NCBI RefSeq assembly: GCF_001194135.2
Contig: NC_068981.1
Span: 43,633,525-43,695,591 of the forward strand
Length of the DNA stretch: 62,067 nt
From: Octopus bimaculoides
Lineage: Eukaryota
Direction of reading: 5' to 3'
Part shown: one piece after another, positions 49,639 to 62,067 of the stretch
Layout: every line of letters begins with the position of its first letter
Position numbering within the stretch: the stretch's first letter is position 1
Notes under the pieces: generated by a model
The model's input: only the letters and a program-made list of their open reading frames with translations
Databases searched by the model: none
Told to the model about the DNA's origin: nothing
Made by a program: the position numbers and the translations under genes

Positions 49639-50599
49639 TTCTAAACATAGATGCATGTGAATAAACATTGACTGTGAATATTCACTAGGAATGATCAGTA
49701 TCATTTCGTTGGATACTGCAAAGATCATCTCTTCAAGAATGTTGCCAGTTAATTGCAAATGCTTGTAATGCTTAAGAAAAAAAAAACTCTTCAAGAACCC
49801 TAGATGATTATATACGCCCACACTTTCAAGGAGATGCCTGGATGGTGATGGTTGAATAACTACAAAAGCAATCATGAATAACAATCAACCGCAACATATA
49901 TATATAAGTGCGTATTTGTGAATGTATATAAGTAAATATTTTTCCTTGTCATATATATATATATATATTTTTTATGTATGTATATATTTTATGATGTATG
50001 TATTATATTTTCTCACAAAGTGATAAGGCTTCAATTTCTTATAATTAACTTCATTAATGCCTGTGCTACTCTGAGAATTTTCTCACCACACATACATAAT
50101 TTGTATACTACAGATTAAATTTCTGGAATGTCTTATATATGCTCTGCATCTCCATTAATTGCATGAAATTTTGCAATTAATCTTGTTCTTTCTGCTTTTG
50201 TGAAGCCCATCCTATCAAAATAAGTACTGAAGTAACTCATCACAGGTGTAAATTAAAATTATATACAAATAGCACATGCAGATCGCCCATTAGTTTAGAA
50301 AATGTTTTCTGGTTCTGTTATCATTAACATCATGTTAACGTATGTTGGACAACTGATTTCTGTTACTATAACATACTTTCTCTTCTTTAGCATAAATCAT
50401 TAAGACTGTAATATTGGGCTTATATGTTGAGGTCTGAGCATTCCACCTGTATTTATTGAGATTATAGGTGAGTATACTCCCCACATTTCTATAAACTCTG
50501 ATGTTTTGATCTTTAGAACTATCCTTCCCTGAGAATTGGATTGGATAGTGTTTCAGTCACATTATTGTGACTTATAGGAGAGCTAATATTTTCAATACC

Positions 50600-50830
50600 A
50601 GTTTTCATATCTCACAGAATTATATTCTGCAGCCTTATTGCTCGAACCAAATCCAGTGACAATATATACTCAGATCTAATTAAATTAATAGCTGAACATC
50701 AGCAACCTGTACCCAGTTCAATTACTGAAAAATTTAGATTTAGTAAACGTGACCATGAAACAATTTCACAGTATTAGGTGAAAATTGTCAACTGACTGAA
50801 TACACTATCTATAGTACTACTTTAGAAGGC
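50600..50830 (+). mobile_element. Ty3/Gypsy gag fragment
   Basis: SLIARTKSSDNIYSDLIKLIAEHQQPVPSSITEKFRFSKRDHETISQY matches the gag pattern L.AP.KP...Y..L...L..H..P.PS...ERF.F..R.Q..E.I..Y. Confidence 0.6.
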
Positions 50831-50833
50831 AGG

Positions 50834-50968
50834 TTAACCTTTTCGTTACCAACCCTGCTGAAACCGGCTCTGGCTCTGAGTACAAATGTCTTGCTTTCAT
50901 AAATTTTGAATTAAAATCTTCCACCAATTTATGTTCCTAACACTAGCTGAATGATAACTAAGATATTT
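50834..50968 (+). mobile_element. MITE-like repeat fragment (same family as 9403-9635)
   Basis: Begins ttaaccttttcgttacc and aligns with the 9403 copy. Confidence 0.5.
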
Positions 50969-50989
50969 ATGCCATGTATAAGATAAAGG

Positions 50990-52640
50990 AAACAAATCAA
51001 ACTATTTATAACTGCTTTCTTTCAGTCACAATCTCTAACACACACAAAAATGCAACTTTAAATGATCTAGACACCAAAGACAAAGAAGTAACCATAAGAT
51101 TTAAAATAGATGACAGAGTAGACACATTAATATCAAAATACCCATATATAAGCTTGAAAGACTACAAACCAGACTTCAATGACAATCCATTTGTCAGACT
51201 AAAAAAATCCTGCAAAACCAGACATAGGCATTATTAGTAAAAAAAATCATATGCAAATTCTCACCAAAAAGAAAAAAAAAACCAATATTATTTCTCTGGA
51301 GTAACACTTACAAGGTAATAGATTGTCTCAACAAGATCCGAAACAAAAATGGATGCCACTTCTTCCAGTTTGACATAAGAGATTATTGTACGTCAATAAC
51401 AAAACCTGTTTTCACAAACAACACTAATAAAGAAACAATATTACAAGCAAGGAAATAGCTCCTCTTCTACAACAATGCTTTCTGGATTAGGAAAAACTTT
51501 GAAGATTCATTTGATGTAAGCATAAGATCAAAGGACTTGACAAAGGTAAGTGACATCGTTGGTCTTTATATAGAAAACTTGCACAACAAATTTTCATCCT
51601 TCTCAGTCTATATTGGGGTGACTGACAACTCCTACTAAGAAATCACAATCCACAAAAAACTGATAAATTTCGAAGGGAACTACATCACTTCTTCAAAAAC
51701 TTGTGCATCTCCATTAAAGTAGTAATATGACTAAAGTCAGTCATCTTCCTAGATGCTACCCATGACAAAGAATCCGGTATCTAAAAACCATTCAAGAAAG
51801 ATAACCTAAAAATTCTGTATATAAATAGAGAACCACCCCAAAAGGCATTATCAGAGATTTAGTAAAGAACATTTCTCCCAAACTTTCCACTTTAACTTTA
51901 AATGAAAAAAATACTAAATGAAATATCAACTCCATATAACGAAGCTCTCAGTGACAGTAGTTACAAGAAAAAAGTGCCAATATATAAATAACAAACCTCT
52001 CACAATAAATAAGATATGTCAGAATAAAAAAAGAAAATCATCTAGTTTGATCCCCCTTTCAACATACAAGTCTCCACACTAATAGATAAATTATTTTTTC
52101 AAAATATTGCAAAAACACTTCCACCTCAACCAGAAGTATTACAAACTAATAAACAAACACAATGTAAACTTGTCATACTCCACTACCAACAACTTTGAAA
52201 GAAGTATAGCCAATTGCAACCCTAAAAAATGTCTAAAAGTGAAAACCGAAACTACGTAGATAATAACAATTACAATTGTCGAACACCTTCATGCTGCCCT
52301 CTAGAAGAAAACTGTCCCTCAACACTAACCTCAAACATGACACCAACTACTATATCTGCACATATGAGATATACAGAAAGCCAGTTCAAGACATGATACA
52401 GCCAACGTATTTTGCAACCCAAATAGGAAAAATGATACATTACTATCCAAATATATATGGACATTGAAATAAAAAAAATACTGTTTAGCATCAACTAGAA
52501 AATACTCTCACACACACAACTACCCAAGGTAATAACAAGCCCTGCCAACTTTGTAACATGGATTCTACCACATTCTCACATTCATAGACCAAATTCTGAA
52601 TTGAAACTAGTCTTTTCATACAAGCACAAAACTTTTTTCA
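50990..52640 (+). mobile_element. Second Penelope-like element, heavily decayed
   Basis: YISLKDYKPDF, FQFDIRDY, FDVSI...VSDIVGLYI, IFLDAT, KII*FDPPFN, VNLSYST and CPLEENC appear in PLE order, with many stops and frameshifts. Confidence 0.8.
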
Positions 52641-53144
52641 GACCAATAATTTTTCTAGTAGCTAGACATGTAAATATCTCAGCAACTTCCCTCCCTCTAC
52701 CTACACCCTAAACTATTCCAATAATGAACATAAAAAAACTGTTACACTACTATAGTTAGTGGCTATATTTAAACAATGAATTCATGGGTGATTAATGGGT
52801 TGGATGGGTGCTGAGGAAAAAGCAAAATTTCCTAAAATATGGTATATATTTCCATTACCCAATTCTCATATTTAATTTCATTGTTGTTCATATTCAGTGT
52901 CGCTGATACAAAACATAACAAAATCAGTCCTGGCTGTAATTTCTATAGAATATATATAGAGATAACCTTAACAAATAATATAATAGCACTACTAAAACAG
53001 TAGAACACAATATTGACTTATAAAAGTGTTTAATATACTTTCTAGTATATTATAGTTGCATAATGAAATATGGTGTCCCTACAGGTCATGAATATGTATA
53101 TGAATTACTATGCGTGTATACATGTATGCAGGTATATGCTTTCA

Positions 53145-53303
53145 ATTTTTGTCTACCAAGCCCACTCACAAGTTAGGCTTTGGTTAGCCAAGTGTAGTTA
53201 GTGCATGACACTTAAGTATCATGCAAAGGGGCAGAACCCAAAATTCACTGTATAGTACCTTGGTTGGGAAGCAGAATTCTCAGCCACAGCTATGTCTGTG
53301 CCG
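53145..53303 (-). mobile_element. SINE family A head fragment, old
   Basis: tctaccaagcccactcacaag...cagccacagctatgtctgtgcc. Confidence 0.6.
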
Positions 53304-53787
53304 AGAGGTATGTGTGCATATTTATGTATGCGTATATTCATAAATGTATTTATGAAGAAATATAATTCTATTATTTGACTGGAATGTTGAAATTTGAAAT
53401 ATTCTGCTAGAAGTGCTTGTCAGCAGCAGTTGTGTATATTATAATATATATTATTACTATTCATGTTACATCACCAAAGACTGATGTCTTTGAATTCACT
53501 TATGCCACATTCTTGTTAATTCCTCTCCAAGTTTTCCTTTAACAGTAGTTAGGTCACATTGCGTGAAGATAAAATATTATTTTTGATGGCAATGGAATGC
53601 CAGGCTATGAGACATAGTAAAGAAGAGACAAGTAAAATATATCAGTCACCCCAACCAGCAAAAATGATGTAATAGATATTTTGAAACAACAGATTTCCTT
53701 CTGTATTCGCACAGGGTTAGCACAGACATACATACATACGTACATACATACAAATATATACGTGTGTGTCTGTATGTATATGCATAT

Positions 53788-53826
<39 letters not shown>

Positions 53827-53875
53827 ACATCATCATCCTCATCGTTTAACGTCTGCTTTCCATGCTAGCATGGGT
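53827..53875 (-). mobile_element. RTE tail remnant
   Basis: catcatcctcatcgtttaacgtctgctttccatgctagcatgggt. Confidence 0.8.
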
Positions 53876-53927
53876 TATATATATATATATATATATATAT
53901 ATCTATATATATATATATATATATTTA

Positions 53928-54097
53928 TATACTCTTTTACTTGTTTCATTCATTTGACTGTAGCCATGCTGGAGCTCTGCCTTTAGTCAAGCAAATGGAC
54001 CCCAAGACTTATTCTTTGTAAGCCCAGTACTTATTCTATCGGTCTCTTTTGCTGAACCACTACGTTACGGGGATGTAAACACACCAGCATCGGTTGT
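53928..54097 (-). mobile_element. SINE family A 3' part, abutting an RTE tail
   Basis: ctcttttacttgtttcattcatttgactg...catcggttgtca, followed directly by the RTE tail. Confidence 0.85.
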
Positions 54098-55975
54098 CAT
54101 CATCATAATGTCTGCTTTCCCTGCTGGCATGGGTTGGATGGTGTGACTGAAGACTGGCAAGCCAGGAAGCTGTACAAGGCTTCAATCTGATCTGACATGG
54201 TTTCTACAGCTGGATGCCTTTCCAACTGCCAACCACTCTGAGAGTGTGGTGGGTGCTTTTTATGTGCCACCAGCATGAGGGCCAGTCAGGTGGCACTGGC
54301 ATCGACCACATTCATATGATGCATTTTATGTGCCACTGGCATGGGTGCCAGTTAGGTTGTACTGGCATCAGCGACGACAATGATTTCACCTAACTCAACA
54401 GGTCTTCTCAAGCACAGTATATTGCCCAATGATTGAATGGTCCTCTAAAATGGGGTGGTTATGTGACACTGACATAGTCTATGGCTACGGTCTCACTTGG
54501 CTTGCCGGGTCTTCTCAAGCACAGCATATTATCAAAGGTCTTGGTTGCTTATCGTTGCCTCCATGAGGCCCAATGTTTGAAGGTTGTGTTTCACCACCTC
54601 ATCCCAGGTCTTCTTGGGTCTACCTTTTCCACAGGTTCCCTCCACTGTTAGCATGTAACACTTTTTCACACATCTGTCTTCATTCATATGCAACACATAA
54701 CTATAACAGTGCAGTTGTCTCTCCTGTACACCACATCTAATGCTTCGTATGTCCAACTTTTCTCTCAGCATGTTTACACTCTCATGTATGCACACTGACG
54801 TTACACATTCAGTGGAGCATACTAGCTTCATTTCTTTGAAGCTTACACATATCTTCAGCTGTCACAGCCCATGTTTCACTTCCATGTAGCATGGCTGTTC
54901 ACACATATGCGTCATACAGTCCACCTTTCACTCGGAGTGAGAGGCCTTTGTTACCAGCAGAGGTAGGAGCTGTCTGAACTTTGCCCAGGCTATTCTGTTT
55001 CTAGATGCTACGCTCCCAGAGCATTCACCCCACAACTGATTTGGTCACCTAGGTAATGGAAGCTATCAACTACTTCTAGTTTTTCCCTCTGGCATGTGAC
55101 GGAAGCTGTTTTCTACACATTTTCAGTGTTTACCGCCCCTGTGCATCTGCCACACACAAAAACTATCCTCCCAGTTAGCCTTCCTTTGACATTGCTGTAC
55201 CACTTATGTGTCCATAGCTTACACTGGGTACATATTATGGAGTTTCTACCTATACCTATTCTACAGGTCCAGCAGGGCTATTTACCTGAAGGGATCTGTG
55301 ATTTGTCTGCCTTCCTACTTACTAAGACTTTGATTTTTGCTAGATTGACTCTATGGCCCTTCGATTCTAGACCTTCCTTCCACACATGAAACTTCTCCTC
55401 TACTTTTGATAGTGACTCAGCTATTAGAGCAAGTTCATCACCATAGAGAAGCTCCAAGGGGCATCTTGTCTTGAATTCCTCTGTAATTTCATGGAAGACT
55501 ATGATGAATAAGAGGGAGTTGAGGATTGACCATTAGTTGACCCCTACCCCTACCCAGAATTCTTCCCTATACTTGTTGCCAACCTTCACCTTATTGACAG
55601 CATCCCTGTGCATGGCTTGTACAGTTCTCACTAACCACTCATCTATCCATAGTTTCTGCATTGAGTACCAGATAAGGAATTGGGGGATCCTGTCAAAGGC
55701 TTTCCCCATGTCAACGAAAGCAGAGTACAGAGGTTTATCTTTGACTAGGTATTTCCTAGCAGCTGTCTAATCTAACTCTCTCCCTAATTAGTTGGGCTAT
55801 GACCCTCTCGGTGACTTTCATTACCTGATCCAACAACTTGATACCTCTATAACTATTTGTATCTAATGCATCACCTTTACCTTTGTAGCAGGTGACTATG
55901 GTGCTGGGTATGACTGTTTTATGTATCACCTGATTGAGTATACAGTTGACTAGACCGCCAATATATAGCAAAGCC
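54098..55975 (-). mobile_element. RTE-clade LINE, RT through 3' tail (5'-truncated, disrupted)
   Basis: CYKGKGDALDTNSYRGIKLLDQVMKVTERVIAQL, AFVDMGKAFDRI, LLFIIV, ELLYGDEL, LREKLDIRSI..ERQLHCY, GRPKKTWDEVVKHNL, then the UTR and tail shared by all short copies. Confidence 0.93.
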
Positions 55976-56415
55976 ACAAAAGATTAAGAAAAAGAAAAGC
56001 CAAATTAAGATAGTTGAACTATTAAAGGCAAAAATAATCCCGAATAATGTCCATTGTTAAATGCAAGAAACAATTCAAGTCTACGGCCATTCAGGAGTCA
56101 CTGCAACAATCCATTAACACATTAAAACACCAAACCGGCAATGGCCCCATCATAAAGAAAAAAAGTATCTTCACCAAAGAGGTTTCACATTCTGGTAATG
56201 TGTTCTATGGTGTGAATATATGGGGAAGATATAAAGTTGTTTGCCTAATTATGATGTTTATTTTTTTAACCACTGAGTTTGTCTTTTGCATCGTTTTTTT
56301 ACTTGAGCACTTCTATTTGCAGCCCTATATTTATTTTATTTTTTGATTCCTATAAGGAAAAACAAAATTTAAATGTTATATATCTCATTGCTTTTATACA
56401 CACAGAGACACACAC

Positions 56416-56451
<36 letters not shown>

Positions 56452-57099
56452 AGATAGATAGACAGATAGATAGACAGGTAGATAGGTAGATGGATAGATA
56501 CACAGATAAATATAGATATATATGTATATTAATATATATACATATATATATGTATATATGTAGTTTATATTATATATATATATATGTAGTTTGTATTATA
56601 TATATATGCACACACCATCTTTTAAATAAGCTATTCGCGAAAAAATGAATTTATTACTATATATGTGATAGAGAGAGAAATAATGAAAGTAAAAGAAAAT
56701 AAACAGACATATTTGCTTGAAAGGTAAAAATAGTTTTATTTTGAAGAATATGTTGTTTATGGAATAATTTAGATAATAATTTTGTATCAAAAACCTTTAT
56801 AAAAATATTTTTATTTTAAAGTGATGCAAATTTTTGAGTAAAAATAAATCATGTATACAAGTTAAGTTGTTTTATGGAAGGTTTTTCTTATCGATGTCTT
56901 ATCTCTTAATGCTGAGAAATCTTTAATATTAGCCAAAACAAAATTTAAATGTCATACATTAAATCCAGGGATATCTTGATATTTCAGATTAGCAGGAAAG
57001 GATGACCTTTTCAAAGATTGAAAATATGTAGAAGTAGTGGTATATGAAAATTGACATTGATGTTTTGGAGATAAGAACAATGTTACAACTTTGACAGGA

Positions 57100-57640
57100 A
57101 TGATGATGATGACATCATTAATAATGGTTCAACAGTGACGACGATGACGATGACGATGACAACGATGATGACGATGTCATTAATGATGAACCAATAGGGA
57201 GGGAAGAGGTGATGATGTTGACAGCAGTGAAGTCAGTGATCCAACTGGGACAAACCAATAGTTATGACGATGATGATGATGATAATACTGATGTTAATGC
57301 TAACAATGTTTGTGAGGGTGATGATGATGGCAAAGATGAAGATTTTGATGATGATAATGATGATGATGATGATTATGATGGTAATTATTAGAATGATTTT
57401 AATGAGCATCATTGCATACAAAACAAAAACTATCAAAAGATTAAAGAAGCATGGATGTGTATGGAGAAGATTGTGAAGAATGTTACAAGGAACAAAACAA
57501 TGTTCGGTATTATAATAACAAAACAGCAAAAATGTACCACCACCACCACCACTACTGATGATCATGATGATGATGGTAATGGTGATGATGACGACGACAA
57601 GTATTACAATAACAGTAACAATATCAATAATAACAAGATA
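57100..57640. repeat. (GAT/GAC)n-rich low-complexity tract
   Basis: Degenerate trinucleotide runs. The Asp/Met-rich ORFs here are by-products. Confidence 0.8.
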
Positions 57641-57926
57641 CCCTGTTTATTGTCTAACAGAATATGTACCATTATGGATGACAAAAGGAGTGCTGTCATT
57701 ATACAGAAAAGATAAGACAAAAAGGATCAAACTAAACTGCTACAAGCTTATCGTGTGTTTTTATCTCATGTGGAAACAATAGAATGTGTTGATAGCTGTT
57801 TGAATATACTTCTTCATGTAAATAGTACACCTGCATTATGTGAGATGAACACAGATGTTAGAGAATATAAGACAGAACAGGTGACTACTGTATCTTGACA
57901 AAATAGTTCTTCAGAAGATATGTTAT

Positions 57927-58346
57927 TCATCATCATCATCGGTTAACGTCCGCTTTCCATGCTAGCATTAGTTGGATGATTTGACTGAGGACCGGTGAAC
58001 CAGATGGCTACACCAGTCTCCAATCTGATTTGGCAGAGTTTCTACAGCTGGATGCCCTTCATAACGCCAACCACTCTGAGAATGTAGTGGGTGCTTTTAC
58101 GTGCCACCGGCACGAAGGCCAGTCAGGCGGTACTGGCAACGGCCACGCTGAAAATGGTGTATTTTACATGCCACCTGCACAGGAGCCAGTCCAGTGGCAC
58201 TGGCAGCGATCTCGCTCGAATGTCTTTACACATGCCACCAGCACAAGTGCCAGGAAGGCGATGCTGGGCACAGGTGCCATCACGATTTCGCTTTCACTTG
58301 CCCCAAAAGGTTTTCACAAGCTGAGTTTAGTGTCCAATGAAGGAAA
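57927..58346 (-). mobile_element. RTE LINE 3' UTR and tail
   Basis: catcatcatcggttaacgtccgctttcc... to gtgtccaatgaaggaaa. Confidence 0.9.
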
Positions 58347-58753
58347 CGACAGAGTGTAAGTACCTTGAGAGAAAAGTTGAACCTAAGAAGCATCGGTTGT
58401 GGTGTGCAAGAGAGACGACTGTGCTGGTATGGACATGTGGCAAGAATAGAAGAGGATAGCTGTGTGAAAGAGTGCCACACCCTAGCGGTTAAGGGAACCT
58501 GTGGAAGAGGTAGACCCAGGAAGACCTAGGATGAGGCGGTGAAGCACGACCTTCGAACATTAGGCCTCACCGAGGCAATGACTTCTGACCAAGACCTTTG
58601 GAAATATGCTGTGCGTGAGAAGACCCAGCAAGCCAAGTGAGACCAGAATCCAAGGCCTCTGCCAGGGGTGTAGCCAGCCTACTTATGCATACCTTTCCTT
58701 CATTGGACACTAAACTCCGCTTGCAAAGACCTTTTGAGGCAAGTGAAATCGAA
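58347..58753 (+). mobile_element. RTE LINE ORF end and start of 3' UTR, inverted relative to the adjacent piece
   Basis: RQSVSTLREKLNLRSIGCGVQERRLCWYGHV...GRGRPRKT*DEAVKHDL...KTQQAK* (stop 58638-58640), then UTR running into the gap. Confidence 0.92.
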
Positions 58754-59186
58754 NNNNNNNNNNNNNNNNNNNNNNNNNNNNNNNNNNNNNNNNNNNNNNN
58801 NNNNNNNNNNNNNNNNNNNNNNNNNNNNNNNNNNNNNNNNNNNNNNNNNNNNNNNNNNNNNNNNNNNNNNNNNNNNNNNNNNNNNNNNNNNNNNNNNNNN
58901 NNNNNNNNNNNNNNNNNNNNNNNNNNNNNNNNNNNNNNNNNNNNNNNNNNNNNNNNNNNNNNNNNNNNNNNNNNNNNNNNNNNNNNNNNNNNNNNNNNNN
59001 NNNNNNNNNNNNNNNNNNNNNNNNNNNNNNNNNNNNNNNNNNNNNNNNNNNNNNNNNNNNNNNNNNNNNNNNNNNNNNNNNNNNNNNNNNNNNNNNNNNN
59101 NNNNNNNNNNNNNNNNNNNNNNNNNNNNNNNNNNNNNNNNNNNNNNNNNNNNNNNNNNNNNNNNNNNNNNNNNNNNNNNNNNNNNN
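58754..59186. other. Assembly gap
   Basis: N run. Confidence 1.
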
Positions 59187-59520
59187 GAGAAGAACCACCA
59201 AGATGCAACTCAAACAATGAAGGAAATCAGACACCATCAAGAAAAGCGTACTCTTCAAAATACTAATTTAATAAACTAAAAAATCGAAAAGAAAATTTAT
59301 ACTCCATAAAATCTATATGTTCATAATTAAGGACATTTTCTCTATGCTGCAAGTGGTGGCCACATTAAACACTTGTAAAACAGGAAATAAAAGTTGATTG
59401 TGAGTAAATACTTGTGACTTATCTGGAGTTTTCTATTGCTTTTCCTTATTAAAATATTGTGTAATGAAATCGGTTCTTTCTTTTTGAATAACTCCGTATT
59501 TATATATATCACGAGCTATT

Positions 59521-59668
59521 TTCAGCTTCCATCTACTAAGTCCACTCACAAGTTTTTGGTGTTCAGCCTGAGGCTGCAATAGAAGACACTTTCCCAAGAT
59601 GCTACACAGTGGGACTGAATCCAAAACTATATGGTTGGGAAGCAAGCGTCTCAATCACGCATGCCTGT
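59521..59668 (-). mobile_element. SINE family A head fragment
   Basis: ccactcacaag...agaagacactttcccaag...cagtgggactgaatcc. Confidence 0.7.
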
Positions 59669-60994
59669 GTTTTACTCAGCAATGGAATAGACTGACTGCT
59701 GAAAAGTATATCGTATAATACATCAAAACTGAATTCTAAAGTGACTGTAAATATTTGAGGCATATGATGCAATTCAAATCTTCACTGGAGAGAGAGAATG
59801 ATGTAATGAGTGAGCTAGTTGAATTGAAATTAAAAGAGGTATTTTCCCAAAGAGATTCATTAGCAACACATCAATTTGTAATTATTTTGATCCTCCTGTC
59901 TTATATCCCCCTGATGATTAAACCATATATCAGCCCAAAATAATGAAGGGAATAAACATTAATGATGATGGATTACTGAACATTTTATTGAAGAAAGCAA
60001 TAAAATTAGAAATTCTTTAATACAGCATTTTATGTTCAGGAGACATATATGGATGAAGTTTGCGATATACAATAGTGATATGCTTGCAGTTAAGAGAATA
60101 TGAAGAACAATGTCTAAGAAATCAAAAATTTAAGAAGCAGAGGACAAAGTGAGCTTTTAGTTATTCACTCAATCTATTAGAAACAACAGACAATTATCCA
60201 TCAAATCATATTCAGTCATCTTAAAAATAAGAAGACGATATATATATATAAGTTCCCACAATAGGACAGGATTGATCATGATTGAAATACTTATGATCAA
60301 AAGCATTATTTGAATCAAAGATGATGCAGAGTGTACTGGATGCATTATATTGTGGCACTAGCACTGGTGAAGCTGTCATATCCTAAACAAAATGTGTCCC
60401 CTCTCTCCCCTGTGTAGATATCGTTCTTTCAAGGTAAATATGACTAGGAGTTTCAATAAGGTAGAGCTGATTGCACAAACGATGAAAAAAGAAGAGGGAA
60501 TATGAACGTATGATGGGGGAAAACAGAAGGACAGTATGGTATGGTAGGGGAGGAAGAGAGACTGTTTGTTGTAGTAACTGAGAGAAGCTTGAATAGGAAA
60601 TGACATAGGTAATGTGATGTGAGAGCAATAAAGATGTGTCATGGTAAGAGAGACTAAGTGATGGAATGCAATTAAGAGATCGGTGATGGTAAGCATTGCC
60701 TAAACATCATATTCAAGAGAGAGAATTGACAGTTGAATGGCAAATGTTTGAGTAACTATGATAAAGTGTGTAACTGGAGGGTTTGAGTACAAACAGTTTG
60801 CTTGACTATCCCTTGTTACTCAGGCAACATGGTACACTGAATATGATAGGAGATGATAAATGAGAGGATAAAATATATATTCATACATACATACATGATG
60901 TCTGTCCATTTGTGACCGAGAAATAGCATTGCTGACTTTCAGGGGCATTGTGGGCTCTAGGACTAACTTATATTTTGCATTTGCAGCTCCATTG

Positions 60995-61600
60995 GTGGCT
61001 AATGAGCACTGCTCTTGACAAGCATGCCTGACTGCAAAAATTGAAGACCAAACTTTCTCCATTCACTACACGAGCAGTGTGCTTTCCAACAGCATGCTTA
61101 ATTTCTTTGTGCTGAATGTGTGCTCTCTCAAAAGTGTCGACACCTTCCTTAACCTGCTTCTACCATCTGTGGCGATGACAGGCATTGCTCTCCAAGTCAG
61201 TCTCCTACATATCACAGGCCTTTAATGAGGACTTGACAGTCCTTAAATAATAGCCTAGATTTGTGCCAGGGTCTCTTTCCATTCACAAGTTCCCCATATA
61301 GCATTTGTTTAGGGATCCTACTATCATTCATTCTAATAAGGTATCCAATCCAATGTGACTGGTACTTGTGCACCATCGCGTCAATGTTCAAGATATCAGC
61401 AGTTCTCGGGACCTGTATGTCCGGAGTTTTTAAGGTCCAGCCAACATTCAAAATGTATCTGAGACGTTACTGATGAAAGAATTCAAGGACACTTACATGA
61501 CATATATAAAGGGTCCATGTCTCACATGAGTAAAGGAGTGGTGCCAGAACACATGCACGGTACAGAGCAAATCTTGTTTGCTTTGTGATACCGTGCTGGG
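60995..61600 (-). mobile_element. RTE (BovB-like) LINE ORF C-terminus, distinct from the (GAT)n-tailed family
   Basis: HWIGYLIRMNDSRIPKQMLYGELVNGKR..RLLFKD, then VKEGVDTFE and FCSQACLSRAVLISHQWSC (terminal CCHC-like). Confidence 0.85.
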
Positions 61601-61604
61601 ACCA

Positions 61605-62067
61605 TACATACATACATACGTACGTACGTAACTACATACGTACGCACGCACGTACGCACAAGCCTACGTAGGTACCTACGTATGTACTACGTACGTATCT
61701 ACATACGTACGTACGTACCTACATACGTACGTACATACATACGTACGTACGTACATACATACGTACGTACATACGTAGGTACGAAGTACGTACGTACGTA
61801 CGTTCGTCAGTACGTATACGTACGTGCGTACGTACGTACCTACGTACTTACGTAGGTATGTATTTATGTAGGTACGTGCGTATTTACGTACGTACATACG
61901 TAACTACGAAAATACGCACGTACGTACTTACGTACCTACGTACCTAAGTACGCAGGCACTTACGTACATACGTGTCTACGTACGTACGCACATACGTACC
62001 TACGTATGTACGCAACTACGTACGTACGCACATACGTACAAAGATACGTAGGTACGTACGCACGTAG
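61605..62067. repeat. (TACG)n-based tetranucleotide array, open at window end
   Basis: TACG units mixed with TACA, TATG, TAGG, TACC and CACG variants. Confidence 0.95.

Noticed and set aside
50391-50469. Exon with a good acceptor and gtgagt donor
   Set aside because: Stops in all frames, and it lies next to the Gypsy gag relic.
56047-56200. GHSGVTAT as an integrase zinc-finger remnant
   Set aside because: A single short motif with no downstream CxxC or core domain.
57209-57391. Asp-rich acidic ORF (biomineralisation-like)
   Set aside because: It is a short product of a (GAT)n tract with no signal peptide or splice support.

Overview
This is AT-rich, microsatellite-dense eukaryotic DNA with four N gaps. 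Its repeat families resemble those I associate with octopus/coleoid cephalopod genomes (inference from recalled families, no database search). I found no host protein-coding gene, tRNA/rRNA gene or CRISPR array that I can support. Nearly all listed ORFs come from repeats, microsatellites or gaps. The window is a graveyard of mobile elements: about 17 RTE-clade LINE pieces (a few with RT, most being 5'-truncated 3' ends with (GAT)n tails), two Penelope-like elements, Ty3/Gypsy pol and gag relics, an R4/Dong-like RT, three tRNA-headed SINE families, a mariner-type MITE, Helitron-like non-autonomous elements, and a Mutator (MULE) deletion derivative with foldback TIRs built from 15-bp units. The most interesting observations are: a Penelope GIY-YIG nuclease whose GIY and YIG halves are separated by a ~180-codon Asn/Ser/Thr-rich insert; the nested MULE; a ~149-bp-arm fold-back duplication; a twin-priming-like inverted RTE; a SINE whose tail is built from its own target site; several closely spaced inverted repeat pairs; and a self-complementary CpG-rich (TACG)n array at the window end. 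All alignments and translations were done by eye, so boundaries of old elements are approximate.
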